Source: a virus (Duplodnaviria; Caudoviricetes). From it: 47,631 bases of DNA. The position numbers and the translations under genes were made by a program. The stretch's first letter is position 1. Each line of letters begins with the position of its first letter. Shown piece after piece: positions 9,233-19,420 of the stretch. The DNA lies in the IMG/VR virus record IMGVR_UViG_3300031924_000072, positions 1 through 47,631 of that record, one strand, 5' to 3'. The notes under the pieces are model-generated. The model was not told the DNA's origin and did not search any database. It saw nothing but the letters and a program-made list of their open reading frames with translations.

Positions 9233-11854
9233 TCATCGCATGGCTCCTGCGGCGGGGTTCAGTCCATAGCGCCGCTCCAGCGTCGGCGCCAAGCCGGAGC
9301 CTTGGGAAATCGACCGGGCCATGCGCGCTTCCATTTGCTCGACAATGACATCGAGCCGGGTGCTGCCATCGGGCTGCTGTTGCTGCTCGACGCGGGTCTC
9401 CACCCCACTGGCGCGGTTGATCACATTCACTTCCACATGGACTTGGGGTTTGGTGGCGACGGCACCACCCAAGGCACGCAACTGCCCCGGCGTGAACACC
9501 GCCTCCCCCTGTCGGGCGATGATCGGCACTTCACCCGACACCAGACCCCCGGTGTGAAATCGGCGTCCATCGGCAAACAGGGTGGCACTCACCTGACGCG
9601 ATGGCAGGCCGTCGCTACCGAGCAGGCCCCCACTGTGCGCGATGTTGGCGTTCACGCCCATCAAGTCACCCGAGCCCTGGGGCAATGCCGCACTGGCCGC
9701 CGGCGCAAACAGGCTCATCGCAAAGTTCGCCAACGGCAAGGTGATGGCGCGCTGGATCTGGATGCGGATCAGGTCGCTGATGATGGAGTTGGCCAGGCTG
9801 TTGAAGTCCAGCTTGCCGGTCATCACGAACTGGGTGAGCGCGTCCTCCATGGATTTGAAGGCGCCCGTCACCGCGCGTTCGGCCTGCTTGGCGGCGTTGG
9901 TGGCGTCCTCGATATAGGTGCGCAATACCGCCTTGGCCCCGAACTCGGTGCTGCGCTGGTACTCGGCGTTGGCCCGAATGAGGTTCTCCACAATGGGTAG
10001 CTGACGCGCCAGGGCGTCGTTGATGGCCTCGATGGTCTGGGCACGCAGATCGGCGTCCTGGATTTGGCTCGCTTCCTTGCGTGCGGCCACCGCGGACTTT
10101 TCCAACTCGGCGCGAGTTTGCAGGGCCGTGCGCTCAGTCGCAGACAGGTCCAGCATCTCGCGCTGCAGCTGCACACCTTCGATCCGCTGGCGATTGCCGC
10201 CAATCAGTGTCTCGACGATCTTGCGGGCGTTGGCTTCTTCTTTTTCGTAGGCTTCGAAGGCCTTGTCTTTTTCTTTCTGGCGCTCAATGGCTTCGAGCAC
10301 CTGGATGTACTGCTCGGCTTCGACGGCCACACCCTTGTAGCCCTTGGCTTCGATCTGCAGGGCGCGGGCACGCAGTTCAGCGGCTTCGCCCTCTTGGGTG
10401 CGGGTCAGGCGCGAGCGCAGTTGGTTGAGGAAAGCTTCGCCTTCGTTGAGCTTTTCTACGGGCTTGGATTTCTCGAAGCCGGAGAGATCCAATGCCGGGC
10501 GCGCCTTCCTGGGTAGGGTCGGCAGGAACTTGTCGTAGATCGACTGGACTTCCTTGGCCTGCGCCTCGGTGTCCAGCACGAATTTCTGGCCCATGACGCG
10601 CACGGTGCGGCGCTGCTCGTCAAAGAACTTGGCGACCCCGTCGGCGTAGCCAGGGTTTTGATTGATGTTGAAGAGCCGGTCATTGGCGGCACGCACATAG
10701 TCGTCACGTGCCGTTTGCAATTTGGCGATTTCGGCATCGATGGCCTTGGGGTCCAACCCCATCGCCTTGCCCGAGCGCAGCATGTCCGTCTTGAACCAGG
10801 TCTCAATGTCCTTGCCGACCACCGACAGGCTGTCAAACGGCTGAGCAATGACGCGCTTCAAGAGCACAGCGGACTCGGCAATGAAGGCCAGACCCGATGC
10901 AACGGACTCGAGGAAGGTAATAGTGGCCTCACGGTTGGCCGTGATGCGCTGCAGCTCGTTGCTGAAGCTGCCCGTCTCGGCCTGAGCAAGGATGACCTGC
11001 TCAGTGAAGTCCGCCAGGATCGGAATGACAGCGGCGCCGATCTGGCGCTGCATGCCCTCGAAGATGGCCGAGAGACGCGTGAGGTTGTCGTTGAAGACCT
11101 CGGATGCACGGGCGACGTCTTCGGACATCACTAGGCCCAGGCGCTGGGCTTCTTCCATCAGCGCCGTAATGCCCTCTCGTCCCTGGTTGAGGAAGGGAAT
11201 GATGGCCAGACCTTCCTTGCCGAATAGCTTGACAGCCAGTGCAGCCTTGTCCGCACCATCCGGCATGTCGGCGAATTTTTCGGCCAGCTCGAGCAGGACC
11301 TGCTCGGTGGGACGGATTTGTCCATGCGCATCCGTGGCCGAAACACCCAGAGCCTTCAGGGCGGCGCTGCCCTCTTGGCCATTGACCTGGGTGTCGAACA
11401 TGGCGACTGACAGCTTCTGCAGGGCTTTGGTCAGGCCCTCAGTGGTGACATCCGAGAGCTTGGCCGCGTAGTCCAGCGCGGTAAGCGCTTCGACGGAAAC
11501 GCCAGTCTTTTGCGAGAGTTTGAAGAACTCGTCGCCGACCCGGGCCACTGGCATGACCAAGGCCGTGATACCCACACCCAAGGCAGCGATGCTGGCGCCG
11601 GCGATCAGACCAGCAGGACCGAGTTTGCCCAGGACCGATCCGAGTACGCCAAGCCGGTCGGTGGCGGCCTGCAATTGGAACTTGGCGTCGTTGGCGGCAG
11701 ACGACAGCAGTTTCAGACCACCAGACGCTGGCGTGGCAGCCGCCTCGATCCTTTTGAGCGAGCGCTCCCCCTTTTCACCAATCTCGGACAGCTCGGCTTT
11801 GACCTTGCCGCCGTCGACCACAGACAGGCGGATGGAGAGGTTGCGTTCAGCCAT
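9233..11854 (-). CDS. Tail tape measure protein (lambda-type C-terminus)
   Basis: 873 aa, Ala/Leu-rich helical; F..MEDAL..FV.TGKLDF.SL..SII.DL; HTGG.V.GEVPII. Confidence 0.92.
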   Translation of the reverse strand: MAERNLSIRLSVVDGGKVKAELSEIGEKGERSLKRIEAAATPASGGLKLLSSAANDAKFQLQAATDRLGVLGSVLGKLGPAGLIAGASIAALGVGITALVMPVARVGDEFFKLSQKTGVSVEALTALDYAAKLSDVTTEGLTKALQKLSVAMFDTQVNGQEGSAALKALGVSATDAHGQIRPTEQVLLELAEKFADMPDGADKAALAVKLFGKEGLAIIPFLNQGREGITALMEEAQRLGLVMSEDVARASEVFNDNLTRLSAIFEGMQRQIGAAVIPILADFTEQVILAQAETGSFSNELQRITANREATITFLESVASGLAFIAESAVLLKRVIAQPFDSLSVVGKDIETWFKTDMLRSGKAMGLDPKAIDAEIAKLQTARDDYVRAANDRLFNINQNPGYADGVAKFFDEQRRTVRVMGQKFVLDTEAQAKEVQSIYDKFLPTLPRKARPALDLSGFEKSKPVEKLNEGEAFLNQLRSRLTRTQEGEAAELRARALQIEAKGYKGVAVEAEQYIQVLEAIERQKEKDKAFEAYEKEEANARKIVETLIGGNRQRIEGVQLQREMLDLSATERTALQTRAELEKSAVAARKEASQIQDADLRAQTIEAINDALARQLPIVENLIRANAEYQRSTEFGAKAVLRTYIEDATNAAKQAERAVTGAFKSMEDALTQFVMTGKLDFNSLANSIISDLIRIQIQRAITLPLANFAMSLFAPAASAALPQGSGDLMGVNANIAHSGGLLGSDGLPSRQVSATLFADGRRFHTGGLVSGEVPIIARQGEAVFTPGQLRALGGAVATKPQVHVEVNVINRASGVETRVEQQQQPDGSTRLDVIVEQMEARMARSISQGSGLAPTLERRYGLNPAAGAMR

Positions 11855-11872
11855 TTGAAATCAGTCGTCGCG

Positions 11873-12190
11873 TTATTCGTCTTGCTGCAATGTGCTCATC
11901 AGACCCGCCTCGACCGCTGGAAACAGGTCGATCGCCGTGGCCTTGTCCAACCCCGTGCACTCGCAGGCCAGCATCCAGGCATTGAGATCGAGCCCCACCA
12001 CGCGGCCTTGCGCCATGCGCAACTGGCTGGCACAGATGTCAATCGCACTGGCGGCTTGCCAGCCTTCCAGGCTCTCGGGCGCGTTCATGGTGTACGGGCA
12101 CTCGAGGCACGGTTCGGGGCAGCTTTGAAGACAGGCGCTGCAATAGCTCGGCCCGCCACCGAAGTGCCACGCGGTGCGGGCCTTCAGGCG
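11873..12190 (-). CDS. Tail assembly chaperone, gpT-like part (expressed via -1 frameshift)
   Basis: The -1 frame is open from the slippery site at 12190 through the 71-aa ORF at 11873-12088. Confidence 0.7.
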   Translation of the reverse strand, partial: RLKARTAWHFGGGPSYCSACLQSCPEPCLECPYTMNAPESLEGWQAASAIDICASQLRMAQGRVVGLDLNAWMLACECTGLDKATAIDLFPAVEAGLMSTLQQDE

Positions 12191-12534
12191 TTTTTTTCGG
12201 AGTCCAGTGCGTAGAGGCCGGCGAGGTACTCGCGCTCGAAGGCGTCGGCCAGGAGCCAGTGCTCCATCAAGGCGGCGACCCCCTCGGGCGTGACAGCAGC
12301 GGGCTTGCCCTTGTCGTCGGCCACACCTTCCCAGGCCAGAACGGCCAGCTTTGCCAGTTCGGTGATTAGCGTGGCGGTACGTTCACCGGCCGCAGCGGTA
12401 CCGGTGCCGGCCACTTTGGCGGCGGCATGGCGTGCTGCCATCACCAGCGCCGTGGTGGCGGGACGCACCTGCAGGCGCACGCCAGCGACCAGCGTGATCC
12501 AGTGCGGCTCACGCGGGAGATTGAGTTTGATCAT
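12184..12534 (-). CDS. Tail assembly chaperone gpG-like
   Basis: Lies between tail tube and tape measure genes; ATG 12534; ends GAA AAA AAC GCC TGA. Confidence 0.78.
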   Translation of the reverse strand: MIKLNLPREPHWITLVAGVRLQVRPATTALVMAARHAAAKVAGTGTAAAGERTATLITELAKLAVLAWEGVADDKGKPAAVTPEGVAALMEHWLLADAFEREYLAGLYALDSEKNA

Positions 12535-12554
12535 GAGAAACCTCGGTCGGGATA

Positions 12555-13493
12555 TCAGTAGGAAGAAACGTCGTTCACCAGTTCGACGGTGAACATGCGC
12601 GCCACGCTGTTGGCCTTGGCGGCTTGCCATTCGAAGGTTGCCTGGATGCCACCGGGCCCGGAGATGGAGAGCTTGGGCTTGGGCAGATAGACCTCGTGGG
12701 CGATGAAGGTCAGGCGGTGATCGACATCGATCGCGTAGCCAAAGGTCAATTCCAGCGGCGTGTTGTTCGTGGCGGCATCGATCAGCGTGGTGTCCGCAAA
12801 GCGCACTTCGAGATTGCCGGTGAGACTGGCCACCGTCGGGTCCGCCCCGTCAATCTTGCCGTCGGAGCGGATGGTCTCGATGCGTTCCAGGTTGTTGGCA
12901 TAGGTCAGCTGCGCCGAGACCACATTGCCGAGGGCCAGTCCCTCGCGCAGGATTTGGCCCTGGAACTGGTTGAAGCGCTGCAATTCGCGAGTGGCCGGGG
13001 TGTCATCCAGCGTAGCGGTGCGCCGCACCTCGCCTTGGGCCACCAGACCCACCGTGGCATTCGCGGCTCCAGAGCGGGCAAAGCCCACCTGCAGGCTGTT
13101 GACCATGACGCCGGAAGCCACGAACCAGGCCGGGATATCCGGCAGCCCCGTTTCCAGGGTGAGGCTGGGCAGGCTCGGTTTGCCAGAAGCAAAGGTGTGG
13201 GTCACCACACCCGCCCCCATCGAGGTGGGCTCACCCAGCAAGGCCTTGAGCCACAGGCCGATATGCCGCACGTCCAGCGGCACGACCATGTCGCCCTCGA
13301 CCTTGATCACGTCGCGGATCGGGGCACTCGGATCACGGCCCAGGCCGATCAGATCGTTGGCGATCAGCCCCTGTTCGGAACCGAGTGAGGTGGAGACAAA
13401 GGGCAGCTGCCAGTAGCCATCTACCGGGGTGCTGCCATAGGTGGATTCGAACGCGGCCAAGAGGCTGGCGTTCGCGCCGTAGGCACGGGCCAT
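12555..13493 (-). CDS. Major tail tube protein
   Basis: MARAYGAN...FES.YG start, GRDP and PKL.I.GPGGIQATF motifs; position in the tail module. Confidence 0.85.
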   Translation of the reverse strand: MARAYGANASLLAAFESTYGSTPVDGYWQLPFVSTSLGSEQGLIANDLIGLGRDPSAPIRDVIKVEGDMVVPLDVRHIGLWLKALLGEPTSMGAGVVTHTFASGKPSLPSLTLETGLPDIPAWFVASGVMVNSLQVGFARSGAANATVGLVAQGEVRRTATLDDTPATRELQRFNQFQGQILREGLALGNVVSAQLTYANNLERIETIRSDGKIDGADPTVASLTGNLEVRFADTTLIDAATNNTPLELTFGYAIDVDHRLTFIAHEVYLPKPKLSISGPGGIQATFEWQAAKANSVARMFTVELVNDVSSY

Positions 13494-13517
13494 ACAGAAC
13501 TCCTTTTGGATGTGATT

Positions 13518-13949
13518 TCAGGAAAGCGGTCCTGCACTGCTGTAGTGCAGGACCACGGGCAGTAGGCAGGCCTTGATGCCGCTCGTGCCCTCGGGGGCCA
13601 GTTCATCGAACTTCGGTTGACCGATTTCGGCGTACTCGACGACACCGGCGAGCGTCCGATCGGCTTCGATCAGGGTGGCGAGCTCGGTAAGCAGGCCATC
13701 CATGCGTGAATCACGCGCAGCGGCATCCGGGTCGGCGACGAACAGTTCGATGGCCACCTGGTGTTGCCAGTGGTAGGTCAGCGGCGAGAGCGACACCTCG
13801 GGTTCGCCCATCTCGCCGTCGCGCAGGATGACCATGGCGTGGTCCGCGATGCGCTCGGGCAAGGCGGCGTTGCGTTTGACCATCGTGCCCAGTGACAACT
13901 GGCCGAGCACGGCGAACAAAGCACCGATGGCGCTTTCTCGTTGGCTCAT
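13518..13949 (-). CDS. Tail terminator/completion-like protein
   Basis: ILRDG..GEPEV.LSP and DRTL.G motifs; immediately upstream of the tail tube gene. Confidence 0.65.
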   Translation of the reverse strand: MSQRESAIGALFAVLGQLSLGTMVKRNAALPERIADHAMVILRDGEMGEPEVSLSPLTYHWQHQVAIELFVADPDAAARDSRMDGLLTELATLIEADRTLAGVVEYAEIGQPKFDELAPEGTSGIKACLLPVVLHYSSAGPLS

Positions 13950-14608
13950 GACGTTGCCCCTTTGCGGTCGGCTTCATCGAAACGGTTGGCAATGCGCTGG
14001 GCCAGCGTGCTGATCCAGCGACGCGCGCTGCGGTCGATGTCGAATTTCTTCTTCAGGGTCACTTGGGGCACCAGCAGGAACATCGGCACCGTCACCAGCC
14101 CTCGGCCAGTAGTCTGGGCCTTTTGTGAGGCGGCCGAGAAACCGCCGCGTTGGCCTTGGCGGACGCGCTGGTTTTCTGCGACGAGAAGGGATGGTTTCCC
14201 TCGGCGGTAGATGAAACGCAGGCGCTGGCCCCGGAGCTTTTCCCAAAGGCCGGGGGTCATGCGTTTGCCGCGTGGGCCCTTGCCGGCAGCCGGCAGCGGG
14301 ATCACCAGCCAGAATCCATCCTTGGAACGGATGGTGGCCCCCTGGTCATGCGCACCGACGATGACGGGCGCCCGGCTGTACACCAGACCGGCGGCCTTGA
14401 TGCTCAGTTTGCCTTTGGGATAAACCTCGCCGCGCCAGGTGTTGGCCAGACGCTGGCCCAGGCCCGCACCGGTGATCTGGCTGCGCAGTTCGGTCTTGAG
14501 ACCATCGGTGGCTTCACGGATGGAATGCGTGACCGCCTGCTCGGCTATGCGCACTTCGTCGGCGAGCATCTGGTCCAAGTCGCCAGACAGGGCAGCTTGC
14601 AATCTCAT
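13946..14608 (-). CDS. Neck/tail completion protein (DUF6441-like)
   Basis: Basic protein; AGLG.RLA.TWR and VP.FLLVPQV.L.K; position in the head-tail joining region. Confidence 0.65.
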   Translation of the reverse strand: MRLQAALSGDLDQMLADEVRIAEQAVTHSIREATDGLKTELRSQITGAGLGQRLANTWRGEVYPKGKLSIKAAGLVYSRAPVIVGAHDQGATIRSKDGFWLVIPLPAAGKGPRGKRMTPGLWEKLRGQRLRFIYRRGKPSLLVAENQRVRQGQRGGFSAASQKAQTTGRGLVTVPMFLLVPQVTLKKKFDIDRSARRWISTLAQRIANRFDEADRKGATS

Positions 14609-14913
14609 ACCGGCGCTCCTGTGAGCGTCCAGATCAAGCGGTCCCGATCAGCCAGGGGGTCACCTACCACCTGATAGGTCTGGCCGGCAACGGTGAAACG
14701 ATCGCCCTCGCGGGGAGATGCCACGTCACGAGCCATCGCATCGAAGCGGTGGGCGGCCACCACCAGCCGGGTGTCGCCGAAAGACTCGACGACATCGGCC
14801 TGTTTGGCGATGAAGCGCGTTGCAATCTCTTGACCATCGACCAGCCGGTAGGTGCAAGGCACCCCCAGCCGTGCGAACAGGCGCGAAACCGCCCGCTCAA
14901 AGGCGGCTTGCAT
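14605..14913 (-). CDS. Head-tail joining protein
   Basis: P..GD...V.G..Y.V...P..D....W pattern; follows the capsid gene. Confidence 0.7.
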   Translation of the reverse strand: MQAAFERAVSRLFARLGVPCTYRLVDGQEIATRFIAKQADVVESFGDTRLVVAAHRFDAMARDVASPREGDRFTVAGQTYQVVGDPLADRDRLIWTLTGAPV

Positions 14914-14917
14914 CGGA

Positions 14918-15931
14918 TCAGGCGGTCAGCTTGATCAGCACGCCAGGGCGGTGGCACATCGGCAATGGATTGCTCTGGGTGTGCAGATCGGTGCCTCGGT
15001 CGAACTGGCGCGGCGCCTGCTTGGCGTACAGCGACTGGCCCAGCGTGTTGACCGTCTCGTTGAAGTCGGCCGGGGCAAAGTAGGTGCCAAAGGTGTCGAC
15101 GGTGCCGAGCGGAAAGGCATGGGCCTCGCCTGCTGCAATGAAGCGGCGGGTGCCGAGATCCCCATTGGCCTGCAAGTAAGCAGCCTGGCCCCGGTATTCT
15201 TCGAAGGTGACCCCGGCGTAAGTGAAGCCCGAGCGCACGTCGTTGATCAGCACCGCGCCTTGCTGCCAGTTGGTGTACGCGGTCTTGACCTCCTTGTGGG
15301 TGGTCAGTGCGCGGAAGAATTCAGGCGAACAGAGGACATGCACCCCGGTCATGAATTCCCCCTGCAGGGCGTCCTCGATCTTGGTGAGCAGGTCGTAGCA
15401 GTGGCCCTTGACCTCGCTGTTAGCATTGGCCAGATCGAAGTTGACCGATTGCGGGGTGATCTGAAACTCAGAGAACAGGTTGCTGATCACGCTGCCATCG
15501 GCATCCAGGATCTCACCTTTCAGGGCACCCATGCGCAGGTGCTCCAGCGTGATGGCGTGCTTGTTGCGCATGGTCTCCAGGTGCCGGGCCAGCACGCCGG
15601 AGATGGCTTCCATCTCAGTCTCCGACCCAAAGGCACGGATGCCCTGGACTTCCTCGGGCAGCACCACATCGTCGTGCGGGATGTGGGGGATGACGAAGGA
15701 GCGCAGCTTGCGCTTGCCACGCTCACCCACGGTACCTGGCGAGCCAGGCGGCTTGGTGGGCAGCAGGTTCAGGCGACCGGCGTACTCCTCCACGATGATC
15801 TGGCGGGTGCGCACGGGTTTGGCCGGAAACAGGTTCAAGGCTTCCAAGCGGCCGTAGCGGTTGGGGATGAGGTTGATGGCAGCGGTGAGGCTGGCCATCG
15901 AAAAACCAGGATTGAGAAACGGGTTGTTCAT
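14918..15931 (-). CDS. Major capsid protein (lambda gpE family)
   Basis: LT.AIN..P, T.EHLRMGALKG and QSNPLPMC.RP motifs. Confidence 0.92.
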   Translation of the reverse strand: MNNPFLNPGFSMASLTAAINLIPNRYGRLEALNLFPAKPVRTRQIIVEEYAGRLNLLPTKPPGSPGTVGERGKRKLRSFVIPHIPHDDVVLPEEVQGIRAFGSETEMEAISGVLARHLETMRNKHAITLEHLRMGALKGEILDADGSVISNLFSEFQITPQSVNFDLANANSEVKGHCYDLLTKIEDALQGEFMTGVHVLCSPEFFRALTTHKEVKTAYTNWQQGAVLINDVRSGFTYAGVTFEEYRGQAAYLQANGDLGTRRFIAAGEAHAFPLGTVDTFGTYFAPADFNETVNTLGQSLYAKQAPRQFDRGTDLHTQSNPLPMCHRPGVLIKLTA

Positions 15932-16018
15932 TCAGGGCTCCAGAAATAACGAAACCCGCGAAAGCCAGTCGGCCAGGCGGGTTCGGGGGATGGAAGGACG
16001 GGCTGTAAGTGGCGAAGG

Positions 16019-16396
16019 TCAGGCAGATTCACGCACCAACACGCCGCGCTCGGCCAATTGCTGCTCGTAAGCCGTGCGCTGGGCACCGGTGAGTGCGATC
16101 GGCCAGACCAGCGCAGTCTTGGCCACGATGGCGTGGCGCACGATCAGGATGGCATCGCTGCGGTCGGCGTTGGTGGCATCGATGGAGTTTGCGAGCACCC
16201 CGATGGCGGACTCGGTGCCGTCAGTGGCGGCCGGGTCGATGGCGTAGTGCTTGCCATCGCTGGCATTGCGGCCGAGTACCGTGCCCAAGGCCAGGTTCTG
16301 GCCAGCGGCGATGGTGGCGACGTCCCGCGAATAGCGGTTGGGAGCTTCGTACTTCAACAGGTCGCCGAGGTTGTTTTGTTCGGTGATGGGGGTCAT
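16019..16396 (-). CDS. Head decoration protein (gpD-like)
   Basis: LKYE....YSR, GTVLG and DG.E.A.GVL motifs; between protease and capsid genes. Confidence 0.85.
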   Translation of the reverse strand: MTPITEQNNLGDLLKYEAPNRYSRDVATIAAGQNLALGTVLGRNASDGKHYAIDPAATDGTESAIGVLANSIDATNADRSDAILIVRHAIVAKTALVWPIALTGAQRTAYEQQLAERGVLVRESA

Positions 16397-16423
16397 GGTT
16401 CAGTCCTTTCAGGTTCGGGTGCG

Positions 16424-17662
16424 TCAGGCTTGGGCTGTGAGCTTTTTGACGGCGGCCACGATCGGTGAGGCCTCCGGGCGGTCGAGGTTTTGGCTGCCGG
16501 CATCCACGGTGATGGTCGAGCGGATGTCATCGGCCTCAGAACGTGCCGCACGGGCGTCAACCAGGACGCGCCGGACATCAGCTTCGGTCTTGCCCGTGGC
16601 GATGAACTCGGCCGCGCGGTCGGGGCAGCCGGCCAGCAGACAAACCTCGGCGATGGCCTGGGCGGCCTGGGTCACCTCGCGGCGGGCTTCAGCCACCAGC
16701 ACGGCGGCTTCGTCGGTGCTGATGGTGTCGGCGGTCTCGATCACTTTCTCTTCTTCATTCATGGTCATTTCCTTCTTCAAGGGTGCCGCCTCAGCACGGA
16801 TGGCGCCCCGCACCTGAGACGGCGGATGGTTACGGGCGTTGAGATACGAGTGGAATTCGCTGAGGGTGGCCTCCAACGTCTGGAGTCCATCGGCCAGTCC
16901 TTGGGCCACAGCATTGCTGCCGAAGAAGAGTCCAGCCTCGGTGGCGCGCACGGCATCAACGTCCAGGTCTCGCATCGCAGCCACGTGCTCGGTGAAGATG
17001 GAATACAGCCGATCCACTTCGCCTTGCAGCTCGCTCTTGGCGGTGTCCGACAAAGGCTCATGTGGCGAGTAGTCGTTCTTGTGGGCGCCCGCCGTGATGG
17101 CCGTAAACCGATAGCCGTCCTTGGCATCCTTTACCGATTGGTCGACATGCAAGGCGATGACGCCGATCGAGCCGACCCCACCGGTTTCGGTTACGAACAG
17201 GCGCTGGGCACTGGCGGCAATCGCATAGGCCGCTGAATACGCGGCATCGTTGGCCACCGCCCAGACGGGTTTCATGGCTGCCACCTCGCGCACACGGCGG
17301 GCCAACTCGAAACTGCCCGAGGCTTCGCCGCCCGGGGAGTCGATGTCGAGCAAGATGCCGCTGACATGGGGATCAGCCAAGGCGGCATCCAACATCGCGG
17401 CGATCTCGCCGTAGGACGTCAGGCCTGAGGCGGCTTCCATGCCCAGCGAGCGCTTGACCAGCGAGCCGTGGATCGGGATCACTGCGATGCCGTCGGGGGT
17501 TGCGGCTGCAGGCGGCCGTTGGTAAACGGCCATGTCCATGGAAGGCAGCGTGGGGACATCGGCCATACCGATGCGCTGCCCGACCACGGAGAGAATCACG
17601 TCCAGCTTGGGTCGGTGAATCAGGAGGGGCGTCCCGAACAGGCGGGAGGCAAGGTAAGTCAT
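16424..17662 (-). CDS. S49 head maturation protease with C-terminal scaffold (gpC/Nu3-like)
   Basis: LDIDSPGG, SAAYAIA and GSIGV motifs. Confidence 0.92.
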   Translation of the reverse strand: MTYLASRLFGTPLLIHRPKLDVILSVVGQRIGMADVPTLPSMDMAVYQRPPAAATPDGIAVIPIHGSLVKRSLGMEAASGLTSYGEIAAMLDAALADPHVSGILLDIDSPGGEASGSFELARRVREVAAMKPVWAVANDAAYSAAYAIAASAQRLFVTETGGVGSIGVIALHVDQSVKDAKDGYRFTAITAGAHKNDYSPHEPLSDTAKSELQGEVDRLYSIFTEHVAAMRDLDVDAVRATEAGLFFGSNAVAQGLADGLQTLEATLSEFHSYLNARNHPPSQVRGAIRAEAAPLKKEMTMNEEEKVIETADTISTDEAAVLVAEARREVTQAAQAIAEVCLLAGCPDRAAEFIATGKTEADVRRVLVDARAARSEADDIRSTITVDAGSQNLDRPEASPIVAAVKKLTAQA

Positions 17663-19200
17663 GGTTGGGTGTCCTGGTTGTTGGGTGACGCACCGCCAGA
17701 CTCAGCAGTCTGTGATTCGTCAGTCTGTGGATCGCTTGGCTCTGTCGACACTGCAGCCAGCGCCTGGTCATGCCGGGCATCGGAGTCAAAGACCAAGCCC
17801 AGTGCATCGGCCCGGGCGTTATCGGCTGCGATCTCACGGTCCACGTCTTCGGCGTCGTAGCCGTTGCCGGAGATGGCCTCGGATCGGCTCATGAGGCCCG
17901 CCCGGATGGCCAACTTCATGGCGTTGAATTCTTTCTGCGGATCGACCCAGCTCCAACCCTGCGGAATCCACTTGGCTGACTGATACTGCCGTTTGTCTTT
18001 GCGGTAACCGGGAAGATCGAGTGCACCTTCCAACACTGCCTGGTCCATCCAGGCGCGCCAGATGGGTCGGCACAGCTGGTGCACGATCACACCGTGTTGC
18101 AGGGCTTCGCACCGACGGCGAAACTCCAACAGGCCAGCACGAATGGAGGAGTAATTCACCTGCGTCAGATCCCCCGTGAGCATCTCGTAGGTGATGCCCA
18201 TGGCAGCGGCCACCGCGCGGAACTGCTGGCGCATGAATTCAGCGTAAGAAGAGCCGACATCAGCAGGGGCCGAGAACTTGATGTCTTCGCCGGGTTCCAG
18301 AATCTGCAGCGTGCCGGGCTCCATGCCAGCGAGCGCCACGCCGTTGGCATCTGGCGCCGACTCGCCCATCAGGTTGTCTTCGGGTGCCATGCGGGTGATG
18401 AAGCCGGCAAACATGGCAGCGGTTTTCTTGCGGACCAGCTCCGCATCGTCGTACTGGTCCAGCTCGTTGAGCTTCACGAGCGCCCGGGTCAACCACGGCT
18501 CGCCCCGGATCTGGCCGGGACGCAAGGTACGAAACAGGTGGATGACTTCACTCGCATCCACCCGCACCGTGTCCATGCCACCGCCGCCGGCACTGCTGGA
18601 CATGGGTGCCAGCAGGCCATCATTAGGATGCGAGCGGTAGAGGTGGTAAGCCACCCGGCGACCCAGACGGTCGAACTCGATGCCAGCGCGAATGACATTA
18701 CCGCCAGGCAGATCCCGGTTCATGGTGGTTGGCAGGTGCTCTGCTTCCAGCACCTGGATCTGCAGCGCCACCGGCAGACCATCTTCGGTGCGGCGGTAGC
18801 GCAGTCGCACCAGGGCTTCGCCGCCTTCGAGCATGGCGCGGGTGGCCAGTGCCTGCAGACCGTAGAAGTCGGTAAGGCCTGCGGCATCGGCCTGTTCACA
18901 CCAGTCCCACCACAGGCTGTGGATCGCCTCGCGCCTGGCCTGGTCTTGCACCATGCTCTGCGGTTTGATGCCGGTACCGATCGCATTGGCCACAAAAGCT
19001 TCGATTCCAGCGGCAGCCCAGGCGTTGCGCCTGACCAGGTCACGGCTTTTGGCGCGCAGTTCGTCTTGGGCCAGCGACAGGGCTGCCACCGCACCGGGAT
19101 TGCTGGGCATCCAGGCCAGGGCACGGCGACCACCGCCGGTGCCGTCATAGACCGGCGTGCCACCGAACATGCGGAGACGCAGACTTTTGAACCAGGCCAT
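17659..19200 (-). CDS. Portal protein (lambda gpB family)
   Basis: RAKSRDL.R.N, RPGQ.RG.P, NYSSIR.G and WVDP.KE motifs. Confidence 0.95.
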   Translation of the reverse strand: MAWFKSLRLRMFGGTPVYDGTGGGRRALAWMPSNPGAVAALSLAQDELRAKSRDLVRRNAWAAAGIEAFVANAIGTGIKPQSMVQDQARREAIHSLWWDWCEQADAAGLTDFYGLQALATRAMLEGGEALVRLRYRRTEDGLPVALQIQVLEAEHLPTTMNRDLPGGNVIRAGIEFDRLGRRVAYHLYRSHPNDGLLAPMSSSAGGGGMDTVRVDASEVIHLFRTLRPGQIRGEPWLTRALVKLNELDQYDDAELVRKKTAAMFAGFITRMAPEDNLMGESAPDANGVALAGMEPGTLQILEPGEDIKFSAPADVGSSYAEFMRQQFRAVAAAMGITYEMLTGDLTQVNYSSIRAGLLEFRRRCEALQHGVIVHQLCRPIWRAWMDQAVLEGALDLPGYRKDKRQYQSAKWIPQGWSWVDPQKEFNAMKLAIRAGLMSRSEAISGNGYDAEDVDREIAADNARADALGLVFDSDARHDQALAAVSTEPSDPQTDESQTAESGGASPNNQDTQP

Positions 19201-19406
19201 CAGAGTGCCTTGCGCGTGGTCACGCGGATTTGGCGGGATTTGGGTGCGCTGGAATCACGAGCCATGGTGGCTTCGACTTCAGCAATCGCAGCCTTCAAAT
19301 CGGACACGCTGCGGTACTCGATGCTTTTGCCCTCGTAGGTCACGCGGTGCTCGCCACTGGCCAGCGCTTCGCGCAAGGCCTGCAGGTGTTCTGGTGTGTA
19401 GGTCAT
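19200..19406 (-). CDS. Head-tail adaptor gpW-like
   Basis: L..L..A.A.G...V.Y.G..IEYRS pattern; between terL and portal. Confidence 0.85.
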   Translation of the reverse strand: MTYTPEHLQALREALASGEHRVTYEGKSIEYRSVSDLKAAIAEVEATMARDSSAPKSRQIRVTTRKAL

Positions 19407-19420
19407 GCTTATTTGTTCAC

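Noticed and set aside
15950-15986. Hairpin AACCCGC/GCGGGTT between the decoration and capsid genes
   Set aside because: Long loop and weak U-tract; it may stabilise mRNA, but no function can be supported.
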